Shown one piece after another: positions 47,227 to 56,764 of a stretch of DNA of 64,000 nucleotides. The translations under genes were made by a program, and so were the position numbers. The notes beneath the pieces are model-generated. The model worked only from the letters and a program-made list of their open reading frames with translations. It searched no databases and was not told the origin of the DNA. Within the stretch, counting starts at the first letter, position 1; every line of letters begins with the position of its first letter. This DNA is from an uncultured Bacteroidota bacterium (GTDB lineage: Bacteria; CLD3; SB21): the NCBI GenBank assembly GCA_964563165.1, contig CAZLWA010000043.1, positions 9,372 to 73,371 on the forward strand. The letters run 5' to 3'.

Positions 47227-48492
47227 CTAGTACATCTTCTGTGTCGACGTTCCGCGGTAGAAAAATTGCAGAATTTGTTTGTACGTATATCCCAATTTTG
47301 CCATAGTCCGCGCGCTGTATTGGCACATGCCTACGCCATGCCCGTACCCGGCGCCTTTACATACGACAGTTTGGATCGTGCCGTCCGGATTGCGCGTCAG
47401 GTCTAACCGGAAAAGGGAACTGTATAAAATATATCTGTCCCCCTTTAAAATTCGCCGAATCTGTTCGCCCGTGACAACGTAGCTGTCTTTGGCAAAGCCG
47501 ATCTTAAATTCCTGAACACGTTGGGATGAATCGCGCTTAAGTATCGTGAGATTATACAATTTTTGCGAATCGAGTTTGGCGAAATTTTCATTGGGCATTT
47601 GGTCTTTCAAAACTGCCGGTAAATTTGCTTTGATTAATTTACTTATCTCATCGCCCGCCCATTTCAATTCCCACCGGTAACGCGGCGACTCCGCGCATAG
47701 CGCCGTATCGCCGATCTGATTACTGATGCTGACCAGGTAAGGCGCATGCGGCGACGATTTCCAAACGTCTTGCGCATTCGCCGTCACGCCGCCGCACGTC
47801 GAAAAATACAACGCATTGATCGGCTTGCCTTCATACGTGGCGATTTCACCCAGCGTTTCCAAAACGGCTTGATTCGTCAACTCGCTTTCACTCGATGCGC
47901 CCTGATAAACCTGATCGCTGACATCGCTGGCAAAAAAATAATCCTGTTTCATATTTTTGTTCTTGTTTCTCACCGCATACGTCCGTGCGGCAACTGCCTG
48001 TGCTTTGCCGGCGTCGAGCTGATCGGACGCAAGGCTTCCAATTTCATTTTTTACCACCCCCATCACATACGATTCCATATCAAGGTTATTTACAATAAAT
48101 ACCTGCTGTCCGTCCGTCCAGGCCGTTAAACTCCCGCGGTAAGCGTTGCTGCCGACCTGAAACCGGTTGTCCGGTGACTTAGCCAGCATCCAAACTTTCT
48201 CGAAAGTTCCCAGGGATTTAAGCTGAGCATTGAGTATTTCTATTTTGTTCTGTGCGGGCTTCAATTGAATTTGCTCGCCGGCTGAAACGAACGTAATATC
48301 CTGCTGGGTGTCGGAATTTTTTGCCGCGAAAGCCATCGTTGCAGAAATTACAACGGGCTGGGAGGTTTTTTGAATGAGAACTTTGACTTGAGGAATATTG
48401 GTATTTTCCGGAACGGAACGAAAGGTCGAAGGGCCCGCACAGCCGATGGCGATCACCATACCGGCAATCATGGAAAAAAAAACTGTTTTCAT
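47227..48492 (-). CDS. SpoIID/LytB family lytic transglycosylase-like lipoprotein
   Basis: Lipobox IAIGC; YRG, VNNLDMESYVMGVVKNE, AQAVAARTY, DQVY, GYGHGVGMCQ. Confidence 0.92.
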   Translation of the reverse strand: MKTVFFSMIAGMVIAIGCAGPSTFRSVPENTNIPQVKVLIQKTSQPVVISATMAFAAKNSDTQQDITFVSAGEQIQLKPAQNKIEILNAQLKSLGTFEKVWMLAKSPDNRFQVGSNAYRGSLTAWTDGQQVFIVNNLDMESYVMGVVKNEIGSLASDQLDAGKAQAVAARTYAVRNKNKNMKQDYFFASDVSDQVYQGASSESELTNQAVLETLGEIATYEGKPINALYFSTCGGVTANAQDVWKSSPHAPYLVSISNQIGDTALCAESPRYRWELKWAGDEISKLIKANLPAVLKDQMPNENFAKLDSQKLYNLTILKRDSSQRVQEFKIGFAKDSYVVTGEQIRRILKGDRYILYSSLFRLDLTRNPDGTIQTVVCKGAGYGHGVGMCQYSARTMAKLGYTYKQILQFFYRGTSTQKMY

Positions 48493-48576
48493 TTTTGACC
48501 GTTTTCAGTTTTGGTTGTATAATTAAATTAACTCACTGATCACATTTTCTTAAAACCTAAATTAATTCATTTGTTT

Positions 48577-48675
48577 ATGGCCGACATGAATGACATGCTG
48601 CTGTTACTGCTCTTAGTTTCTCTTTTCTCCTTCTTCTGCGGAACGCTGTTCGTCCTGCACAAATATTATAAGTAA
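48577..48675 (+). CDS. Putative 32-aa single-pass membrane protein (below the ORF-track cut-off)
   Basis: Manual translation MADMNDMLLLLLLVSLFSFFCGTLFVLHKYYK*; fits wholly in the intergenic gap; no clear SD. Confidence 0.45.
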   Translation: MADMNDMLLLLLLVSLFSFFCGTLFVLHKYYK

Positions 48676-48689
48676 GGCAACCTTCAATT

Positions 48690-50072
48690 TCAATTTGAAT
48701 TTTCGTCATCCGCGATCTTATCCGATTCGATCGAATAGTATTTCAATTTCTTGTGCAGATTGGTCCGTTCTATTCCCAGATCATTTGCCGCCCGCGTCAC
48801 ATTCCAATCACATTTTTGCATCACATGCAAAATATGCGCACGTTCAACTTCCTCCTTGACCTCCTTTAACGTTTTTTCAAACGAGATGTTTTTGACATAC
48901 CCACCGGTCTCATTTTCAACGATACCTTCAGGCAATTCGTTTTCCTGAATCACATCGCCGGCACTGAGAATGATCATACGCTCCACGACGTTTCGCAATT
49001 CACGGATATTACCCTTCCACTGGTATTCAGTCAGCCGCGCCATGGCTTCAGGCGAAAACGCTTTTATTTTCAATCCGCTTTCGTCGCAGCATTGCTTCAT
49101 GAAATAATCAATGAGTAAAGGAATGTCCGGTTTCCGCTGGCGGAGGGGCGGCATTGTGATCGGAACGACGTTCAGGCGAAAATACAGATCTTCCCTGAAA
49201 TTTCCCTTTCCGACTTCGGCCTTTAGATCTTTATTGGTTGCCGCTATGACGCGTACATCCACTTTGATGGTCTTGGTGCCGCCGACCTTCTCAAATTCGC
49301 CTTCCTGAAGCGCGCGCAGGGCTTTGGCCTGAACCTTCAAACTCATGTCGCCGATCTCATCAAGAAAGATCGTTCCGGTATCCGCCAGAGAGAATTTTCC
49401 GTCGCGGTCCGCGACCGAGCCTGTATACGCTCCCTTGACGGCGCCGAACAATTCGCTTTCAATGAGTTCCTCCGGAATCGCGGCGCAATTGACCTTGATG
49501 AACGGCCTGTTGACACGGGAGCTGTTATCGTGGATCGCCCGCGCAACCAGTTCCTTTCCGGTTCCGCTTTCCCCGAAGACAAGCACCCGTACATTGGTGG
49601 AAGCAATTTTGCGGATTTGCGCCCGAATGTCATTCATTACAGAACTCCCGCCGACCATTTCAAATTTCTTAGAGACCTCATTCTTGAGTGAGCGGTTCTC
49701 CTCACGCAGAGAGATTTTTTCAAGTGCGTTCTTGGCCAGGATCAAAACTTTTTCTTTGGTCAGCGGCTTTTCGATAAAATCATACGCGCCCGATTTCACC
49801 GCGTCCACCGCATTTTCGATCGATCCGTGCCCGGACATCATCACGACGATCATTTCCGGTTTGTGATTCTTGATCTGCTTTAGAACATCAATACCGCCCG
49901 TTTCCGGCATCAGCAGGTCCAAAAAGACCAGGTCGATCCCGTTGTCGCGGATCACCTTCATAGCCTCCGCGCCGTTTTCGCTCGAATGAACGCGGTACCC
50001 GTCGCTTTGTAAGATCATCTCCAGCGAGCGGCGAATATTTTTTTCGTCATCCACGATGAGAATATGGTTCAC
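48690..50072 (-). CDS. Sigma-54-interacting response regulator (NtrC/NtrX family)
   Basis: Receiver (VDDE, FLDLLMP), [14 protein letters not shown] in place of [22 protein letters not shown], Fis-type HTH; GTG start with AGGAG SD. Confidence 0.95.
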   Translation of the reverse strand: MNHILIVDDEKNIRRSLEMILQSDGYRVHSSENGAEAMKVIRDNGIDLVFLDLLMPETGGIDVLKQIKNHKPEMIVVMMSGHGSIENAVDAVKSGAYDFIEKPLTKEKVLILAKNALEKISLREENRSLKNEVSKKFEMVGGSSVMNDIRAQIRKIASTNVRVLVFGESGTGKELVARAIHDNSSRVNRPFIKVNCAAIPEELIESELFGAVKGAYTGSVADRDGKFSLADTGTIFLDEIGDMSLKVQAKALRALQEGEFEKVGGTKTIKVDVRVIAATNKDLKAEVGKGNFREDLYFRLNVVPITMPPLRQRKPDIPLLIDYFMKQCCDESGLKIKAFSPEAMARLTEYQWKGNIRELRNVVERMIILSAGDVIQENELPEGIVENETGGYVKNISFEKTLKEVKEEVERAHILHVMQKCDWNVTRAANDLGIERTNLHKKLKYYSIESDKIADDENSN

Positions 50073-50090
50073 TCAGACTCCTAACAATAT

Positions 50091-51701
50091 TTAAGAAGAT
50101 CCTTTTTTAAAAATTCTCCCCATCACGCGGTTCAGCACGGAAAAATCAGCACACTTGAAAACGACGGTCAGGCTGAAATAGATGGCCGCACCGATTCCGA
50201 TTCCGATTACGGTCCGCAGCAAATACTGAATGCGGTCCGTATGCGTCAGCATCCATGAATTATGCTGAAGAAAATAATTGCACATCAAAACAACGCCGGC
50301 CATCGCGAGTGCGCAACCGAGCAGTTTGGATGAATTGACCCCCGCGGACTTAAGATCAAATTCCGCTATGCGTGATTTGAGTCCAAACACGAACAGACAA
50401 ATTTGAATGAAGAACGCAACCAAAAGCCCGATTGAAAACGCCGACGGACCGATCTGAAAAGCAAATACGTAACTGATCGTCAAATTAACGATCGTTCCGA
50501 ACAGGCGGTACCAAAACGGAGTCCAGGTGTTTTTCATCGCGTAAAACGCTCGAGCAAAGAGATACCACAGGCTTTCCAGGGGAACGGCCAGCGCATAAAA
50601 CAATAAGATCGAAGCGGTCATATCAATATCACCCGGTTCAAATTTTCCGCCGCCGAGGACCAGCCCGATGATCTCCCGCGACAGCACGGCCATCCCGACT
50701 CCGGCGGGAAGTGTCAGGTACAGGATCTGCCGAATGGAGTTTTGAATGTTATAATTAAAGTTTACATAGTTTTTCTGGCTCACGTTTTCGGCAAGATAGG
50801 GAAAAATCGCCGTGACAAAGGAAATACCGAACACGTTCACGGGAAAACTTTCGAAATTCAACGCGTAGCGGAATGCAGAATAACTTCCTTCCTGCAATTG
50901 AAAAGCTATTCTCGAGTACACCAGGAACAATCCCTGAAGCAGGGCAAGGTTAAGTAAATTGGGGATCGCAAGGAGATAAATATTTTTGACACCCGGCATT
51001 TTCCAGTCAAAAGAGAATTTGAAATGATAATTCGTTCCGCGCAGGTCCAGCATATTTACCAGCACGACCAGACACGCGCCGATCACAGCGCCGTACGCGG
51101 CAGAATATATGCCGTGGTCACGGTGAAATAATACAATGCCCAGAATGATTGCAGGATTATACACCAGCAAAGCCAGCGCGTAAGCCGTGAAATGTTTGTT
51201 GGCCTGTAAAACTCCGCTGAAGATCTTACTCAGTGCGAAGGCTATCTGGGAAACGAGAAACAACCGCGAAATGAATACGATTGCATCTTTGTGCTCCTGC
51301 GGCATGCCGTGCGCCAGCCAGATTTCGGTAATTTGAGGCATGAAAATTCCGGTCAGCAGGCAGACCGCCGTGAACAAAGCCAGCGTGAGGTTCAAAAAAC
51401 TATTCGCGAGTTTGTTAGCCTCGTCTTTGGAAAAATTACTCAGGTACTCCGCATAAATAGGAATGAACGACGACGAGGTCACACCCATGATCAGTACGTT
51501 TTGGAGCGTGTCCGGAACCGTGAATCCATAATTGTAAAAATCCGTCTCGAGGCTCGCGCCGAAATAATGCGCCATCACCTTGTCGCGCACGAGACCGAGG
51601 ATCGTGCTCAGAAGCGTAGCGATGGTTACAAACAAAGCAGCGGCTCCGGCTTGCTGAGACCTGAATATTTTCGATTTTTCTACGGTCGTAGACTCGATCA
51701 T
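50091..51701 (-). CDS. murJ: Lipid II flippase MurJ
   Basis: LGLVRD..MAHYFGA, FTVPD, SSSFIP, multiple TM helices, RAFYA.KNTWTP. Confidence 0.93.
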   Translation of the reverse strand: MIESTTVEKSKIFRSQQAGAAALFVTIATLLSTILGLVRDKVMAHYFGASLETDFYNYGFTVPDTLQNVLIMGVTSSSFIPIYAEYLSNFSKDEANKLANSFLNLTLALFTAVCLLTGIFMPQITEIWLAHGMPQEHKDAIVFISRLFLVSQIAFALSKIFSGVLQANKHFTAYALALLVYNPAIILGIVLFHRDHGIYSAAYGAVIGACLVVLVNMLDLRGTNYHFKFSFDWKMPGVKNIYLLAIPNLLNLALLQGLFLVYSRIAFQLQEGSYSAFRYALNFESFPVNVFGISFVTAIFPYLAENVSQKNYVNFNYNIQNSIRQILYLTLPAGVGMAVLSREIIGLVLGGGKFEPGDIDMTASILLFYALAVPLESLWYLFARAFYAMKNTWTPFWYRLFGTIVNLTISYVFAFQIGPSAFSIGLLVAFFIQICLFVFGLKSRIAEFDLKSAGVNSSKLLGCALAMAGVVLMCNYFLQHNSWMLTHTDRIQYLLRTVIGIGIGAAIYFSLTVVFKCADFSVLNRVMGRIFKKGSS

Positions 51702-51848
51702 TCGCTGTCTCTTTCTAAAAATTCAAAAGTCAATGGTCAAAATAAAAATGGGAAGCCGAAAGAAAAAGTTTTTACTTTGGCTTTTTCAGCCAGAGGCTTA
51801 TGCGCCTTGGGCGCAGATTTTTGACGTGATAATTACGGCCGAAAAAGT

Positions 51849-52493
51849 TCACAGCTTCTTGTTATGTAAATAACCGTTGCCGCTGATGATACTTTCGATC
51901 TCCTTGGTCACTTTTTGCCGGTCGATCATGCGGCGCAAGGCCGACGTCGCTTTTTTCAACCGCTCGGAAGTGGAAGTCATTTCCAAAAAAGCCTGCTTTT
52001 CGTCTAAATTGAATCCCGCACTCGCGGCGATCATGAAAGAAAGTTCTTGGGCTTCCAGATTTTCAATGGCAGGAAGAACGGCGTCTTTGGCGCCGTGTCT
52101 GACAGCGTCTTGAAAAAGTTTCGATGCCGCAACGGACAAAGCTTTCAATTCCGTAGGTTCATCAGAATTCTTGTCTTCTAAAATTTCCACATCTCCGACC
52201 AGGTAGGGTTTATCGTTCATGATTTGGTGAATCGTAAACCGCTCGACCCCTTCCGTCATAATGTTCATACGCCCGTCATCGAATTTCTTAAGAATCTGTT
52301 TCAGTTTAGCCGTACAGCCGATCCGGTAAAAGTTTTCACCCGTATAATACACGACGCCGAAAACCGAACCGGATTGAAGGCATTCGCCGATCATCAGTTT
52401 ATACCGCTCCTCGAAGATGTGAAGCGGCAGAGGCGTTCCGGGGAACAATACGACGCCCAAAGGAAATAACGGAATCTTAATTCTTTGATCCAT
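51849..52493 (-). CDS. LON peptidase substrate-binding domain protein
   Basis: IPLFPLGVVLFPG..LPLHIFEERYK.MI, EKQAFLE..ERL; no protease or ATPase domain. Confidence 0.92.
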   Translation of the reverse strand: MDQRIKIPLFPLGVVLFPGTPLPLHIFEERYKLMIGECLQSGSVFGVVYYTGENFYRIGCTAKLKQILKKFDDGRMNIMTEGVERFTIHQIMNDKPYLVGDVEILEDKNSDEPTELKALSVAASKLFQDAVRHGAKDAVLPAIENLEAQELSFMIAASAGFNLDEKQAFLEMTSTSERLKKATSALRRMIDRQKVTKEIESIISGNGYLHNKKL

Positions 52494-53598
52494 AGGAGAT
52501 CAGCTGTTTCAGGTATTCAAAACTTTGTTGTGCTGCCGCTTGGTTTTCACCGTCGGCGATGATTGCTTTGCCGATCGAGTCTAATACGACCCAGCGCACA
52601 CGGTTGTTTTGCGCTTTCTTGTCCGATCGCATCGCCGTTAAAATATTGTTCCAATGGAGCCGTCTAAAAAGACGAATAACATTCTTTCGTTTTAGGACGC
52701 CGGGCAACAGCGCCGAAATACATTGTTCGATCCGAATCCATTCCGGATAGGAAATTCGTTTTAGTCGATAGGACAAATGGCCGGCGGCAAGCATGCCCAG
52801 TAAAACGGCTTCGCCGTGTTTCAATATGGTATATCCTGATAAACTTTCGAACGCATGCGCCCAGGTATGGCCGAAATTCAAAAGCATTCGCCGGTGCGAC
52901 TCCTTTTCGTCCTGTTCGACAATGCCTGCTTTCAATTCACACGATCTCACGACCGATCGCCGGATACATTCTTCTTCCAGCAAGAGAATTTTACGGAATT
53001 TTGTTTCAAGCCAAATGAAAAAGTTTTTATCAAGGGTCAGTCCGTATTTGATGATTTCGGCCAGTCCGCAGACCCGTTCACGCTCCGGCAGTGTTTTCAA
53101 AAACGCCGTATCGATGAAAACGAATTTCGGCTGGTAAAATGCCCCGATACTGTTTTTCGCTAAGGGATGATTGACGGCCGTTTTGCCGCCGACGGCGCCG
53201 TCCGCCATGGCAAGCAGCGTTGTCGGAACCTGCACGAACGCCACTCCGCGCATGTACGTTGCCGCGACGAATCCCGCGAGGTCGCCGGTCACGCCGCCGC
53301 CGAACGCAACGATCACACTTTTTCTATCCGCGCCGTTCTTGACGAGCTGAGTAAAAACGAAATTTGCCGTTTCTATTGTTTTATACTTCTCACCATCGGG
53401 AACCGTGATCACATGGCTTTCCGGAAAAAGCGAATCAAATTTGCTTTGATATAGTTTTCTGACGGTCGTATTGGTCACGACGAAACAGGCCGAACCCGGG
53501 AAATGCTTTCTTAGCAGAGATTTCAATTTTTCCGGATGACCGTGCCCGAAAAAGATCGGGTAGCTCCGTTCGCCTAGTTTAACAATTAGCTTTTTCAT
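52477..53598 (-). CDS. aroB: 3-dehydroquinate synthase
   Basis: DGEKYK, FGGGVTGDLAGF, QVPTTLLAM, GGKT, NSIGAFYQP, LNFGHT; start set at ATG 53598. Confidence 0.97.
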   Translation of the reverse strand: MKKLIVKLGERSYPIFFGHGHPEKLKSLLRKHFPGSACFVVTNTTVRKLYQSKFDSLFPESHVITVPDGEKYKTIETANFVFTQLVKNGADRKSVIVAFGGGVTGDLAGFVAATYMRGVAFVQVPTTLLAMADGAVGGKTAVNHPLAKNSIGAFYQPKFVFIDTAFLKTLPERERVCGLAEIIKYGLTLDKNFFIWLETKFRKILLLEEECIRRSVVRSCELKAGIVEQDEKESHRRMLLNFGHTWAHAFESLSGYTILKHGEAVLLGMLAAGHLSYRLKRISYPEWIRIEQCISALLPGVLKRKNVIRLFRRLHWNNILTAMRSDKKAQNNRVRWVVLDSIGKAIIADGENQAAAQQSFEYLKQLISYGSKN

Positions 53599-53605
53599 AA
53601 ATCTC

Positions 53606-53682
53606 ACCGCAGAGACGCAGAGACGCGGAGTCGCCGAGGTTTTTAGGAATTTTTCTTCTTTGCGTCTCAGCGCCTCTGCGGT
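53606..53682. repeat. REP-like 21-bp inverted repeat between ychF and aroB
   Basis: ACCGCAGAGACGCAGAGACGC (53606-26) versus GCGTCTCAGCGCCTCTGCGGT (53662-82): 19/21 complementary; arms built of CGCAGAGA-like units. Confidence 0.85.
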
Positions 53683-53692
53683 TTAGTTGAAT

Positions 53693-54787
53693 TTACACAT
53701 TAAATTTAAAATGCATGACATCGCCGTCACGAACGATGTATTCCCGGCCTTCGGTTCGCAGCAAGCCTTTATCTTTGCAGGCCTGCTCGGTCTTATATTT
53801 CACATAATCTTCCCACCATATGACGTCCGCGCAAATGAATCCGCGTTCAAAATCCGAGTGGATCACGCCCGCGGCCTGCGGACATTTCGTCCCGCGATGG
53901 ATCGTCCAGGCGCGCACCTCATCCGGACCCGCGGTAAGAAAGGTGTTCAGCCCGAGCAGCTCGTACGTTTCTTTGATCAACGAATGCAGGCCGGGCTCCT
54001 TCAAACCGAGGCTTTCCAGAAAAGCCGTACGTTCTTCTGCCGGCAGTTCGGAAATTTCCGATTCGATCTGTCCGGAGATCACGACGGTGCGCGATTTTTC
54101 CTGTGCGGCGATAGTGCGAACGGTTTTAACGTAATCATTTTCTTTGATCACATCACTCTCGGAAACGTTACAGATGTAAAGCACCGGTTTCATGGTGAGC
54201 AGAAAAAGATCGGCAATATGCTTTTGATCCGATTCCGAAAGATTCAAATGGCGGACGGGCTTGCCGTCATCGAGCTGGTTTTTTACTTTTGCCAGGACTT
54301 CCAATGAAGCTTTTGCATCTTTGTCTCCGGTTTTCGCGGCGCGCTCCGTTTGATTAAATCGTTTGTGGACGCTGTCCATGTCTTTGAGAACGAGCTCCGT
54401 ATCGACGATCGCGATGTCGCGTTCGGGATTGATGCTGCCTTCTACGTGAACGACGTCCGCATCGTCAAAACAGCGTACCACATGACCGATGGCATCCACT
54501 TCGCGGATGTGGCTCAGGAACTGATTGCCTAAACCCTCACCTTCATTCGCTCCTTTGACAAGACCCGCGATATCCAGAAAATTGACGGTGGTGTAAAGGG
54601 TTTTTTTTGGTTTGATCAATTCGGACAATTGATCGATGCGGTGATCGGGAACATTGACGACGCCGATATTCGGTTCGATCGTGGCGAAAGGATAATTCGC
54701 CGCGAGCGCGCCGGCTGCCGTGAGCGCATTGAAAATAGTTGATTTTCCGACATTGGGTAAGCCTACTATTCCACATTTTAAAGGCAT
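53693..54787 (-). CDS. ychF: Redox-regulated ATPase YchF
   Basis: GIVGLPNVGKST, NYPFATIEPN, DIAGLV.GA..GEGLGNQFL, IHSDFERGFI, DGDVMHFKFNV. Confidence 0.99.
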   Translation of the reverse strand: MPLKCGIVGLPNVGKSTIFNALTAAGALAANYPFATIEPNIGVVNVPDHRIDQLSELIKPKKTLYTTVNFLDIAGLVKGANEGEGLGNQFLSHIREVDAIGHVVRCFDDADVVHVEGSINPERDIAIVDTELVLKDMDSVHKRFNQTERAAKTGDKDAKASLEVLAKVKNQLDDGKPVRHLNLSESDQKHIADLFLLTMKPVLYICNVSESDVIKENDYVKTVRTIAAQEKSRTVVISGQIESEISELPAEERTAFLESLGLKEPGLHSLIKETYELLGLNTFLTAGPDEVRAWTIHRGTKCPQAAGVIHSDFERGFICADVIWWEDYVKYKTEQACKDKGLLRTEGREYIVRDGDVMHFKFNV

Positions 54788-54961
54788 TGAACGGAGATCC
54801 TTTTTAGTTAATTAATTTTTTTAAAGCGGCACAAGATAAAAACTATCGCCGTTAAAATAAAGCGAAAAGATTCGAGCCTCCGCATGCGCATTGCTGATTT
54901 TGTTTGGAATGTGATAAAAATATGTTCTATATTTTTTATTCAACAGTGAAAGGATTCAGCT

Positions 54962-56626
54962 ATGAAAACTTTTTCAAAAGCATTTTTTCTATTCACCGTT
55001 TGCCTCGGTTGTTTCCTCCTCGGTATGATCTTCCAGACACAGAATAATCCGATCACGCGTGAAATGGTCGCCTCGGCAGAAAAGATCATCGGACTTAATT
55101 TCAATGAGGCCAAACGGGATTCCATGCTGGACGGATTGAAAGATCAGCTCGGCAATTACGAAAACATCCGAAAAGTAACTCTGCCGAACAGCATTCCGCC
55201 GGCGGTTTTGTTCAACCCGATACCTGCCGGAATGAAATTTCCTACGGAGAAAAAACCATTCAAGACAAGTAAGATCGATCAGATCGTTGTTCCGGCGAAT
55301 CTTGAAGACCTGGCGTTTTCTTCGATCGGTCAACTTTCTTACTTGATCAAAAACCGGAAAATCACTTCCGTGCAATTGACCAAGATGTATCTGGATCGGC
55401 TGAAAAAGTACGGGCCGAAATTGGAGTGCGTCATCACAGTGACCGAAGACTTAGCGCTGAAACAAGCTAAACAAGCCGACGATGAGATCGCGAAAGGAAA
55501 ATACCGCGGGCCTTTGCATGGAATTCCTTTCGGCGTGAAGGATTTGCTTTCGGCTAAGAACTATAAAACAACCTGGGGCTCCGTTCCGTACAAAGATCAG
55601 GTCATCGATGAAGACGCGACGGTCGTGAAACGGCTTGAAGATGCAGGCGGCGTGCTCGTTGCCAAGCTCACGATGGGCGAGCTCGCATGGGGTGACGTGT
55701 GGTTCGGAGGAAAGACTCGCAATCCGTGGAATTACGAACGTGGTTCGAGCGGATCGTCCGCAGGATCGGCTTCGGCAACTTCGGCGGGGTTGGTCGCGTT
55801 TGCTATCGGTACTGAAACGTGGGGATCGATCGTATCGCCATCGACGGAATGCGGCGTTACGGGGCTGCGTCCGACATACGGTCGCGTGAGCCGGCACGGC
55901 GCGATGGCGCTCAGCTGGTCCATGGATAAGATCGGGCCGATCTGCCGCACGGTCGAGGATTGCGCGATCGTTTTCAACGCCATTTACGGCCCGGACGGAT
56001 CGGATCAGACGCTCTACGACGTTCCTTTCAATTATGACTGTGATCAGGATATTAAAAAGTTACGCATCGGATATTTGAAAAAAGATTTCGATCGCGACAG
56101 CTCGCATTTGGCGAACAATAACGCCTCGCTCGCCTTATTGAAAAAGCTCGGCATCCAATTGGTTCCGATTGAATTGCCGAAATATCCGATAATCGACCTT
56201 TCGATTATTTTAACGGCTGAAGCCGGCGCGGCCTTTGACGAACTTACGCGCAACGGCAAAGACGATTCCATGGTGCGGCAGATCAAAGACGCCTGGCCCA
56301 ACGTTTTTCGGGCGTCGCGATTTATCCCTGCGGTGGAATATATTCAGGCCAACCGCATCCGATATCTGGTCATTCAGGACATGCAAAAGATCATGAATGA
56401 CCTGGACGTTTATGTTGCGCCGTCGTTCGAGGGTGATAATTTGCTGATGACCAATTTGACCGGGCATCCGTGCGTGGTCGTGCCTAACGGTTTTTCGGAC
56501 AAAGGCGTTCCGACAAGTATCTGTTTTATGGGAAAATTATTCGGCGAAGCGGAGGCGCTGATCGTTGCGAAAACGTTTCAGGATGCGACGGAATTTCATA
56601 AGAAGCATCCGGCTTTAAAGAATTGA
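54962..56626 (+). CDS. Amidase signature family enzyme with N-terminal export/anchor segment
   Basis: PLHGIPFGVKD (Lys), GSSSGS, GTETWGSIVSPS (Ser-Ser-Lys triad). Confidence 0.92.
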   Translation: MKTFSKAFFLFTVCLGCFLLGMIFQTQNNPITREMVASAEKIIGLNFNEAKRDSMLDGLKDQLGNYENIRKVTLPNSIPPAVLFNPIPAGMKFPTEKKPFKTSKIDQIVVPANLEDLAFSSIGQLSYLIKNRKITSVQLTKMYLDRLKKYGPKLECVITVTEDLALKQAKQADDEIAKGKYRGPLHGIPFGVKDLLSAKNYKTTWGSVPYKDQVIDEDATVVKRLEDAGGVLVAKLTMGELAWGDVWFGGKTRNPWNYERGSSGSSAGSASATSAGLVAFAIGTETWGSIVSPSTECGVTGLRPTYGRVSRHGAMALSWSMDKIGPICRTVEDCAIVFNAIYGPDGSDQTLYDVPFNYDCDQDIKKLRIGYLKKDFDRDSSHLANNNASLALLKKLGIQLVPIELPKYPIIDLSIILTAEAGAAFDELTRNGKDDSMVRQIKDAWPNVFRASRFIPAVEYIQANRIRYLVIQDMQKIMNDLDVYVAPSFEGDNLLMTNLTGHPCVVVPNGFSDKGVPTSICFMGKLFGEAEALIVAKTFQDATEFHKKHPALKN

Positions 56627-56764
56627 CGATCGTCGATTTTGGATTGTTAATTGATTGTAAAACAATTTATTTACAAATGTCTAAATGACAAAAATAGCAG
56701 TATTATTTCCATTCTTATTCATCATAATATCAGCCCATTTAATAACTATAAACCGGAGTAACGA

